Virus record (IMG/VR): IMGVR_UViG_3300039039_000012
Reading direction: 5' to 3' (one strand)
Source: an uncultured virus (IMG/VR IMGVR_UViG_3300039039_000012)
Lineage: Duplodnaviria > Heunggongvirae > Uroviricota > Caudoviricetes > Crassvirales
DNA length: 35,487 bases
The notes under the pieces are model-generated. The model was given only the letters and a program-made list of their open reading frames with translations, made no database searches and was not told the DNA's origin. Positions 27,076-35,487 of this stretch are shown piece after piece; the first letter of the stretch is position 1; each line of letters opens with the position of its first letter. A program made the position numbers and the translations under genes.

Positions 27076-30000
27076 TTATTCAAATATATCTTTAGCTATA
27101 TCTTTATAAGGTATAATACTAAGTATATTTTCATCAAGTTTATAATAACTATTATTATTAGGTAAATCAAGAACTCGATTAATACTACGAACAACAGGTA
27201 TATTACGAACAGCCATAACTTCAAACTTATTCATACCTTTATATCTACCAGTAGTATATTCCTCTGTGAAATCTTCTTCAATAAGGAATCTAGCAGCCAT
27301 AGCAGTAGTACCAATTAAGTCATTAATAGTTTGTCCAATAGCAACAGGACTAGACCATAGTTTTTTACCTTCAGCATAAGCACCAAATGGAGTAAATGAA
27401 GCAGCTTCAGAAGCAAGACGGTCAGCGTGATAAAGCATAAGATTATACATAATACTTTCATCATCATCACCTCCCATACCAGTTATAGCAATTGCTCCAA
27501 TAATGGCGGCTCCTACATAAAGTAAATCACCTAAATTACGTCTAATATTTGCTTTTTCATGTTCAGGAAGAAGTTCATAGTTAAGTTTGAAATTAACAGC
27601 AAATGAAAGTAAATTCTTACCATAAGTTTGGAATGCTTTAAGAACATCACTTACATTATTAACTTCTCCTACGTTACTTTCTTTAAATGGAATAGTCAAA
27701 TAATCATAAAGACTAGTATAACTACCTTTTTCAACAGTACCTAGAGTTTCATTATAATAACCATTCCAACGATAACGTTTCTTAAAACCAGGATAAAGAT
27801 GTTTATGATATTGCATAACCATACCACCCCACCAATGTTGTTCAATATTAGCAGAACCAAGTTTATCATAAACACCATGAACTTTCTTATTTACTTCACG
27901 AACTTTATCAATAAATTTAGCATATTCTTTAAGAGTAAGTTTACTATCAGATTTTATTTGAGCAATTCCATCTTTAAGTTCAAATTGATTATAAATATCT
28001 GGAAGTTTAGCAAACTTTTTATCAATATTTTTAATAAGTTCTTTACGTTTAGCTATATATTCTCTTTGTTGTTCTTCATTAAGATAAGTCTTAACAAAAT
28101 CGAATATAGGATTAGCTTTAAATAGATTATATTTAGCTCGTTTTTTATTATCAGCTTTAGCTTCATCCATGAACTTATTGAATTGTTCAAGTAGAGCTTG
28201 GTTCTCTCCTCCACGGGGAGTATTTATTACAGACATAAGAGCATCTTGTTCAGCTTTACGATGATACATTTCTTTACTCATTATATCATAACCACCTCTA
28301 CCATTATCAACAAGTCTATGAGATTTAAGCATAGCAAATAGCATAACATTTTGCATATAATGTTCACCAACAGATTGAGGACTAAATAGTAATCCACGAA
28401 CTCTACGAATATTTTCTCTAAGACCTTCAGCAGTACTAACTTCAGTTACTCTATCAAAATCAACTACATGACTAAGTTTAATAATAGCATCTTGAAGTGT
28501 ACTACTATTTTCACTATACATATTAGCCATATAACTAACAGTTCCTTTAATCCATTCAGATTTACCAGCTTCCCAATCTTTAAGATTAATATATTCACCA
28601 GCAGCTCGTTCCATAAATATATTACTAGAACCAGTAAGAACGTTAGCAATACCACCAGTTATATTCATCATCATATATTTACTACCAGCAATATTCTGAG
28701 CAAGAGAACCTAGTTTAACTAGATTAGGAGTTTTATTATCTTTATATTGTTCAAATACAAGACGACGTATAAAACTTCTAAGATGTTCACTAGTTCTAGT
28801 TTGTTTTTCTTGTTTATATTCAATTTCTCCACCAGCACTAGCTTCTCTATTTTCAGTTATACTACCTTTATAATTTATATCATAAGCAGTATTACTAGTA
28901 ATAATTTGGTCAGCAGTATAAAGAAGATTTTTAACTGTTTTAATAGCATTATATCTATTACTTTCAATTAAGAAACTATTAAATACTTCTTCCCAATTAC
29001 GATTAAGAATATCATTATGAATCTTATTATTCTTTTCAATAATTTCATCTCTAGCTTTAATTGCAGCAGCTTTACGTTTACTAAATTCTTCATCACTTTC
29101 ATTAGGTTCTTTAAATCTAGGTATAGTAGGAAGTTGTTGAGTATCTTTATTAACTAACTGAACTAATCTAGGATTAGGAATATCATAATCTTTATCAAAA
29201 GTTAAATCTTCATTATTTCTCCAACTAGTATTATTAGGAACATTGGCTGTCCAACCAAGAAAACTAAGAGCTTGTTCAAAGTAATCTTTAACAGTCATAT
29301 CTTTAGATTTAGGTAAAGCTGGAAGATAACCCATATCAACATATCTCTTATTACTATTAGTAAAACAATACTTTTTCATAAGTTCATTTACTTTATTCAT
29401 AAGTTCAAGTTGATACTCATTAAGATTAGTATAATTAGGATTATCATATCCTGTTCCTATTTTGTACTTATTAACAAAACTACTATATTCTGGATTAACA
29501 AGTTCTTCTTTAGGAGTAATGTGCATTTGATTAATACGTGGTTCATAATTACCAACAACAGCTGAACCATCATCTTTAATCATTTGCATAGTAGTCCAAA
29601 TACGAATAGGTTTAATAGTACGAGTGTAAGGGTCAAAATAATGATTATCTCTATACCATTGTTTATATTCAATACTATCAATACCATATTTGTCAAGAAC
29701 TTCTCTTTCTTTCATATAATAATATTGAGTAGTAGTTTCTCTAGTTCTCTTTTGAAGAATATTAATTGCAGCAGTTCTATCAATATCAGTCCATTTATCT
29801 AAATCTTTAGGTTTAATAATACCATAAATAGTTCGATTAGGTCTTTCTGCAATAGTTCCATTTTCTTCAACTTGTTCACTAAATACTTCTAGCCATTTAT
29901 CATAATACTTTTTACCTTTAGTAAAAGCTCTATTTTTATCAAGTTCATATTGTTTCCAATTATAAGTAACATCACATTCACTTTCAATAAATTCAGCAAC

Positions 30001-33000
30001 ACGTTTTGCTTTATCTTTATCAGTACTCTTTTCACCTCTAGTAATTTCATTAAATACTTCAAAACCAGTCTTGAGTTGTTCTAAATCTTCTTGACTAATA
30101 TCAGCAGTATTAAGAGTTCTAGTAGCATTATCAAAATATTTTTCAAGTATTTTATTAATAGCTTCTCCTACATTAATTTCTTCTTCGCTCTTAGATTTAT
30201 TACCTGTAAGATAATTATAAAAATCAGCACGATAAATTCTTAATTCATCTTCAGCAGAACGAATAATACCAACATAAGGCATACCATTACCTTTAGTATA
30301 TTTATATTTTCTAACTGTTTCAGCTTTTATAAGAGCTGCACGTTCTTCAGGTATTTTACGTCCATCAACTACGTTAAATTCATCTTTAGCTTGAAATTCT
30401 CTAATAGCAAGATTAAGAACACTATTACCTTTATTAGCGTCTTTAAGTTCTTCAAATGCCCAATTTAAATCTTCTATATCTTTAATATCAAGAATATATC
30501 TAGTATTCTTACGAATCCATTCTTTAGCTTCACGATATTCAGGAACTTTCATAAGTTCTTCCATACTAATAAGAAGATTACCATTAGCATCACGTTGACT
30601 TTCATATTTACTAATAATAGAAAGTTGTTCTTTAAGTTTAGAATCAAATCCTTCTTTAGCTTGCTTATCATAGAACATTTCTTTAATTTTACGAATATTA
30701 GTTTGATAAGCACGAAGTCTTTCAGCTACATTTAAATCATGACCAATTTTTTTATTACCATCTTCATCGTAAAGACTAGTAAGACTATCCATTTGAGCGT
30801 ATATACGTCCAAGTTCTTCATCTTGACTTTGCGTAGTAACATTATCAGTAGCTTGACTTAGAATATCTCGTATTCTACCATTAAGTCTTTTATATTCAGC
30901 AAATTCTTTAGGAATACCATCATCTCCTTTTTTAAGTCCTAATAAACTTCTTTCAAGATTTATAATATAAGTAGAATATTCAATAGTAATATTATTACCA
31001 TCTTCATCTTGAACAGTAATTGGTTTAAGATGATGAATAGTAGTCATATCAATAAATTTAGCTTTATTAGATAAAGCAATAAGATGTTCAACACTATTAA
31101 TACCAAATTTTTGTTCAGCTTCAATGGCAGCATCTCTATATTTCTTCATCTTTTCTTCCCAAATAGGATTATTAGGTTGAATTAATCTACCATCATCATC
31201 AATTATACTATCAAGACTAACAGATTTACCATCTTTAGCAGCTCTAGATTTAAGTTCTTTAAGATAATTTCTAAAGTCATTAGATTCTTTAATACCATTA
31301 AGACGACCTTCTTCAACAGTACCCATTACATCTTTAAGTATATTTTGCAATACAAAGTTACGATTAGCACGAATATCTTGTATCCAATAGTCCATAAATC
31401 CAGTATCTCCATAAGCATCAAATTCTTTCATAAGACCACTTATATAATTAGGATTAGTAGTACGTAATTGAATCCATCTTTCAAACCAATCTTTTCTAGC
31501 AGAATGTACAGTAGTATTAGAATCAACTTGATTAACTAGTTTCTGAATCTTTCTAATATTCTCTTTAGTTTTATCATCAAGATTTGTACTATCAATATCA
31601 ATTTCGCTAATAAGTTTGTATTTATTCTTAAATGTATTAGCACTAAGAATAACATCTAAGAAACGATTTTGAAGTTGTTCATCTTTAAGAACTTTACTAA
31701 TAACATCTTTATCGTTAATAGGTTTATCAATACCGTCAATTTTAATAAAACGATTAATATCATTAAGAATATTATTAGCTTCAACATCTATATAATTAGC
31801 TATAACTGATAATGAAAATTCAGAATTATCAGAAAGACTACTACTATCAAGATAGTTAATTTCAGCATTATTTAAAGCATTAAGAACATTTTGAGCAGCA
31901 GGTTGACCATGACGAACAGCACGAGAAATAACTAAACTAGCATTTTTAGCAAATCTACCAATAGGAGTTTGGTCATCAACACTACTATATCTATCAGTAT
32001 TACTAGTAACTCTATTTATTTCATTTTCATTAATTTCAATAAATAATCCAAGTTTATTATCTTCAATATTAGGATATTTAGCTTTATATTGTTTTAAATC
32101 ATCACTTAAATTAATAGCAGTAGTTCCATTAATATTAAGATAAAATTTATCATTAATAGTATATATAGTATTATTCTCAAAAGGAGTATTCATAAAAGGC
32201 TGGAAATACTCATCAGATATATATTTACTATATAGTTCAGGAACTTCTTTATAACCTTTATTTACAGCTTCATTAATATTATCTTTAATACCATCAATAA
32301 ACTTATCTCTTTTTTCTTGTTGAGTAAGACCATCATAAAGGAGAACAGCTAATGGTTTATGAATATTATTATTAGCTATAATACTAGGCTCAATACTATT
32401 ATAAGTTTCAAATGATTCAAGTCTATCAATAGGATAATAAGCTAAAGTTCCATCATAAGTTCCTTTAATATATAAATTTCTATTAATTCTAATAACATTA
32501 ACAGCATCTCCATTTCTTATTATTCCTACATTATCAAGATTTTCTTGACCATTAAAAGTAATAATACCACTTCTTTTTAGACTATAATTAATTTTATTAT
32601 TAGTAAGTCTTTTAAATGTATAACTAGGACAATTAAAACTATTATAATTCTTACGAATAAAACCAATTATATCTTCAACATTATCTTTATCAACAAAACC
32701 ATAACTATTAATACCTTTCATAGCTATATCTCCAATAGCTATTCCGCCCTCACTCAATCCTCTAAGGGGAGTATTACTTATAAGTCTACTAATATTTCTA
32801 GTTCTAAATTTATGACCTTCAACAATAAAAGCATATTTAACTAAATCAAGAGCTGTAAGTTTAATAAGAGGATTGGGATGATTCCAAGCTCTATCAAACA
32901 ATCTATGGGCTTCATCATTAGTAATATCACCTTGTATGTAATTAATATATTGAATATTTACATTACGACGATTATTTCTTTCATCATTAGCAACTATTTC

Positions 33001-35487
33001 AATATGCTCAAATACACTACCATCTTGACTAAAGTTACGTTTAATCCAATCAACTTTCTGAGCAGGAGTAAGTCTAGCAAATACATCAATTTCAGTTTGT
33101 GTAGGTTCAAATATATTTTTAACTACAACATCATCAGTTTTAATATTAACTAATGTACCACTAACTCTACCAACTTCTAAAGCTCTAGATTGACCAGTAC
33201 CATATTCTTTAATATATTTAGGATGAACAAAATCACCATTAACAATAGTAACAGGTAAATTAAGATAAGAACTACCATTATTACCTACTTCTAGTTTATT
33301 AATAAGATAATCTTTATAATCATTATATAACTTTTCAGTCATTATTCCACCTTTAGTCCATTCTGCTATTCTATACACATAATCAATAAATACAGGATTA
33401 GCAGTTTCAAATACTTGTTGAGTAGCTTTAACACTAAGAGCAGTACTCATTTGTAAAAATGCCGCTAAACTAGGATAACTACTTTTAGATATATCTGATT
33501 TAATAAACGCATCTATACCACCGCTAATATCAGGAAAGACACTCTCTAGCAACAAGGTTTGACCCCCCGTAGAGGATGGAGCATAAATATTACTATTCTC
33601 AATAACAGTTCTAGCATCTCTAAATACTTTATCACTAGCATAAAAACTTTGTTTAGCACCATATTTATCAGCACTAAGAATATTAAGATTATTACTTATA
33701 TCCTGTCCGATTGAGTTTAACCGATTGAATTGTGCTAGAACATAAAGGTCAAATAAAGCCTGCTGAACGCCATTCATTTCCCCTCTAAGACGAGATTTAT
33801 ATGCGTCTGATGAAAATATAAGGTCAGGTGATGAAAATGCTTCAGAAACGCTTAAATTGAATATTTTCTTGAAAGTTTCACCATAACTTTCATTAATAAT
33901 ATCAATTAGCTTTTTACGTCCAGCAAAATTAACTTTTTCACCAAAACCAAGACTATGAGCAACTTCTCTAATAGCTTCAGTAAGCGGATTTTTAGTACCT
34001 TCTGCAAGAACACTATTAGTTTCTTTCCATTTACGAACTAGTATGTCAATAGCAGGTTGCCACATAAATCCAATAGCAGTATCATAATTACTTCCAAAGT
34101 CAACAATAGTTTTAAAAGCATTAAACGTATAAGTATTTTCATTATGTATAGCTCCCTCTTTCATAACATCAAGAATATGAGCAGTAGTCTGAGAACTATA
34201 AGGATTAATCAAATAACCATCAACATTCTTATCATCTCCAGACCAACCAAAATTCTTATGAGTAATACGAATATGTTTATTACCAATAGTTTCAACATTT
34301 TCTTTACCATATCTATTAACAGCTTCTTGCTCACTAATCACATCAGTAGTGTACATAACTTTAATACCTTCACTATGATTAGCTTTAGTAACATTACCAA
34401 TACTCATAAAAGTATCTCGATTAACACTGATACCTTTAAGTTTAATACCAGAAGTAGCAGCATCAAACCAATCAAGTTGAGTAAAGAAATCACTAGGAGC
34501 AACAGTTGTTTTATTAGCACCAACTATTTCTGCATAAGTTTCATTAGCTTCTTTGACATTTTCAAAATTAGAAGTAGTAGTATTTTCTTCAAATGCAGCA
34601 GGATTATTAAGTATATCAATAAATGATTGAATAATAGCATTAGTTCTAGCAGCTTGACTACTTGTATCCTCCACGGGGAGTTTCAAGTATGATTCGTAAG
34701 ACTTAAGTCCACCATCATTAGCAATTTTTTCAACAACTTTAAGATTACCATTATAACCTTCAAGAGTAGCATTAATAGCATCTTCGCTATTTTTTAAAGA
34801 AGCTCTAATATTACCTTGTTTATTATAAGTTTTACCAAGAATCTTACGACTAGCTTTATCTACATTATCTTTAACATAATTAATATATCCTACTTCATCT
34901 TTAGTATATCTAGAGTGAGTAATTTCAGTTGGAATACCTTTAACAAGATTAAATGTTTTAGACATACCATAAACACTATCAACGTCAAAGTCAGAACCAG
35001 TTTGAGTAACCCATTCATCAGGAACAACAACAGTACTACCATAGGCATCTGGAAGAAACTCCTTAACATACATAATACATATAGATTGCTTACCTTCAGT
35101 AGGAATACGATAACCAATCATAGTACGTAAGCTATCAGGAACTTGTTCAATATTTAATCCTTTAAGTTTACTACTCCATCTAGGAAGTTTAATTTCAGTA
35201 TAATAAACAGGAGTGCCATCAACTTCTCCAATCTTTTTATATTGAAGTTTACTATCTGTTTGAGTTTGTTTATCAACTTTAAACCCAAAGTCAGATAGCT
35301 GAGCAGCATGCCATCCACTAATAAGTTGTCTAGTAATATTAGTATTAAAATAACTATTAGCAATACTTTCAAGTTTACTATTAATATTAGACAAAAATAA
35401 AGGAAGATTATTAAATCCAGCACTATCTAAATCAAAAAATTCAAGAAGAGCTTTCTCAACTCCTTGTTGTTGAGCATTTTCTTTAAA
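27076..35487 (-). CDS. giant virion-packaged two-barrel DNA-dependent RNA polymerase (5'-truncated)
   Basis: frame is open to the window edge (2803 codons before the stop); GYRIPTEG and catalytic GSDFDVD (34978-34992) as in crAss-like vRNAPs. Confidence 0.9.
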   Translation of the reverse strand, partial: FKENAQQQGVEKALLEFFDLDSAGFNNLPLFLSNINSKLESIANSYFNTNITRQLISGWHAAQLSDFGFKVDKQTQTDSKLQYKKIGEVDGTPVYYTEIKLPRWSSKLKGLNIEQVPDSLRTMIGYRIPTEGKQSICIMYVKEFLPDAYGSTVVVPDEWVTQTGSDFDVDSVYGMSKTFNLVKGIPTEITHSRYTKDEVGYINYVKDNVDKASRKILGKTYNKQGNIRASLKNSEDAINATLEGYNGNLKVVEKIANDGGLKSYESYLKLPVEDTSSQAARTNAIIQSFIDILNNPAAFEENTTTSNFENVKEANETYAEIVGANKTTVAPSDFFTQLDWFDAATSGIKLKGISVNRDTFMSIGNVTKANHSEGIKVMYTTDVISEQEAVNRYGKENVETIGNKHIRITHKNFGWSGDDKNVDGYLINPYSSQTTAHILDVMKEGAIHNENTYTFNAFKTIVDFGSNYDTAIGFMWQPAIDILVRKWKETNSVLAEGTKNPLTEAIREVAHSLGFGEKVNFAGRKKLIDIINESYGETFKKIFNLSVSEAFSSPDLIFSSDAYKSRLRGEMNGVQQALFDLYVLAQFNRLNSIGQDISNNLNILSADKYGAKQSFYASDKVFRDARTVIENSNIYAPSSTGGQTLLLESVFPDISGGIDAFIKSDISKSSYPSLAAFLQMSTALSVKATQQVFETANPVFIDYVYRIAEWTKGGIMTEKLYNDYKDYLINKLEVGNNGSSYLNLPVTIVNGDFVHPKYIKEYGTGQSRALEVGRVSGTLVNIKTDDVVVKNIFEPTQTEIDVFARLTPAQKVDWIKRNFSQDGSVFEHIEIVANDERNNRRNVNIQYINYIQGDITNDEAHRLFDRAWNHPNPLIKLTALDLVKYAFIVEGHKFRTRNISRLISNTPLRGLSEGGIAIGDIAMKGINSYGFVDKDNVEDIIGFIRKNYNSFNCPSYTFKRLTNNKINYSLKRSGIITFNGQENLDNVGIIRNGDAVNVIRINRNLYIKGTYDGTLAYYPIDRLESFETYNSIEPSIIANNNIHKPLAVLLYDGLTQQEKRDKFIDGIKDNINEAVNKGYKEVPELYSKYISDEYFQPFMNTPFENNTIYTINDKFYLNINGTTAINLSDDLKQYKAKYPNIEDNKLGLFIEINENEINRVTSNTDRYSSVDDQTPIGRFAKNASLVISRAVRHGQPAAQNVLNALNNAEINYLDSSSLSDNSEFSLSVIANYIDVEANNILNDINRFIKIDGIDKPINDKDVISKVLKDEQLQNRFLDVILSANTFKNKYKLISEIDIDSTNLDDKTKENIRKIQKLVNQVDSNTTVHSARKDWFERWIQLRTTNPNYISGLMKEFDAYGDTGFMDYWIQDIRANRNFVLQNILKDVMGTVEEGRLNGIKESNDFRNYLKELKSRAAKDGKSVSLDSIIDDDGRLIQPNNPIWEEKMKKYRDAAIEAEQKFGINSVEHLIALSNKAKFIDMTTIHHLKPITVQDEDGNNITIEYSTYIINLERSLLGLKKGDDGIPKEFAEYKRLNGRIRDILSQATDNVTTQSQDEELGRIYAQMDSLTSLYDEDGNKKIGHDLNVAERLRAYQTNIRKIKEMFYDKQAKEGFDSKLKEQLSIISKYESQRDANGNLLISMEELMKVPEYREAKEWIRKNTRYILDIKDIEDLNWAFEELKDANKGNSVLNLAIREFQAKDEFNVVDGRKIPEERAALIKAETVRKYKYTKGNGMPYVGIIRSAEDELRIYRADFYNYLTGNKSKSEEEINVGEAINKILEKYFDNATRTLNTADISQEDLEQLKTGFEVFNEITRGEKSTDKDKAKRVAEFIESECDVTYNWKQYELDKNRAFTKGKKYYDKWLEVFSEQVEENGTIAERPNRTIYGIIKPKDLDKWTDIDRTAAINILQKRTRETTTQYYYMKEREVLDKYGIDSIEYKQWYRDNHYFDPYTRTIKPIRIWTTMQMIKDDGSAVVGNYEPRINQMHITPKEELVNPEYSSFVNKYKIGTGYDNPNYTNLNEYQLELMNKVNELMKKYCFTNSNKRYVDMGYLPALPKSKDMTVKDYFEQALSFLGWTANVPNNTSWRNNEDLTFDKDYDIPNPRLVQLVNKDTQQLPTIPRFKEPNESDEEFSKRKAAAIKARDEIIEKNNKIHNDILNRNWEEVFNSFLIESNRYNAIKTVKNLLYTADQIITSNTAYDINYKGSITENREASAGGEIEYKQEKQTRTSEHLRSFIRRLVFEQYKDNKTPNLVKLGSLAQNIAGSKYMMMNITGGIANVLTGSSNIFMERAAGEYINLKDWEAGKSEWIKGTVSYMANMYSENSSTLQDAIIKLSHVVDFDRVTEVSTAEGLRENIRRVRGLLFSPQSVGEHYMQNVMLFAMLKSHRLVDNGRGGYDIMSKEMYHRKAEQDALMSVINTPRGGENQALLEQFNKFMDEAKADNKKRAKYNLFKANPIFDFVKTYLNEEQQREYIAKRKELIKNIDKKFAKLPDIYNQFELKDGIAQIKSDSKLTLKEYAKFIDKVREVNKKVHGVYDKLGSANIEQHWWGGMVMQYHKHLYPGFKKRYRWNGYYNETLGTVEKGSYTSLYDYLTIPFKESNVGEVNNVSDVLKAFQTYGKNLLSFAVNFKLNYELLPEHEKANIRRNLGDLLYVGAAIIGAIAITGMGGDDDESIMYNLMLYHADRLASEAASFTPFGAYAEGKKLWSSPVAIGQTINDLIGTTAMAARFLIEEDFTEEYTTGRYKGMNKFEVMAVRNIPVVRSINRVLDLPNNNSYYKLDENILSIIPYKDIAKDIFE
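28205..28221 (+). repeat. GC-rich motif copy 12 (inside vRNAP)
   Basis: TCTCCTCCACGGGGAGT, translated TPRGG. Confidence 0.85.
32756..32772 (+). repeat. GC-rich motif copy 13, one core mismatch (inside vRNAP)
   Basis: AATCCTCTAAGGGGAGT, translated TPLRG. Confidence 0.7.
33562..33578 (-). repeat. GC-rich motif copy 14 (inside vRNAP)
   Basis: ACCCCCCGTAGAGGATG, translated PSSTGG. Confidence 0.9.
34665..34681 (+). repeat. GC-rich motif copy 15 (inside vRNAP)
   Basis: TATCCTCCACGGGGAGT, translated LPVED. Confidence 0.85.

Noticed and set aside
1270..34681. GC-rich motif as a Chi/KOPS-like polar signal or a simple promoter
   Set aside because: 9 plus versus 6 minus copies with no polarity switch; many are mid-gene and in either orientation relative to transcription
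635..35487. Stop-codon reassignment (TAG or TGA), known in some crAss-like phages
   Set aside because: Long genes are intact in code 11, and TAG and TGA terminate genes at sensible boundaries; the break at TAG10192 is explained by the intron

Overview
AT-rich segment of a crAss-like gut Bacteroidota phage (Crassvirales; gene order resembles prototypic crAssphage/Carjivirus, judged from recall and not from a search). It uses the standard genetic code. The + strand (about 0.6-27.0 kb) carries small early genes followed by the replication and nucleotide-metabolism module: Dda-like helicase, degenerate UDG, family B DNA polymerase, a degenerate SF2 helicase-like gene split by an 829-nt group I intron encoding a GIY-YIG endonuclease, RecT-like annealase, SSB, primase, ligase, dNMP kinase, ThyX, Gp157, DUF932, dUTPase, thioredoxin-fold proteins and RepL. 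It converges on the 5'-truncated giant virion RNA polymerase gene on the - strand. The most striking unexplained signal is non-coding. A GC-rich motif TCCTCYACGGGGRGT occurs 15 times (13 exact) in both orientations, intergenic and inside essential genes in four different reading frames. At 25.7-25.9 kb two copies form a symmetric element: inverted motifs around an AT-rich core, each flanked outward by three C-GNA-G mini-hairpin units, about 0.55 kb upstream of repL. A second, three-copy ~80-bp intergenic hairpin element with fixed internal spacing is also present. The functions proposed for these elements are inference.
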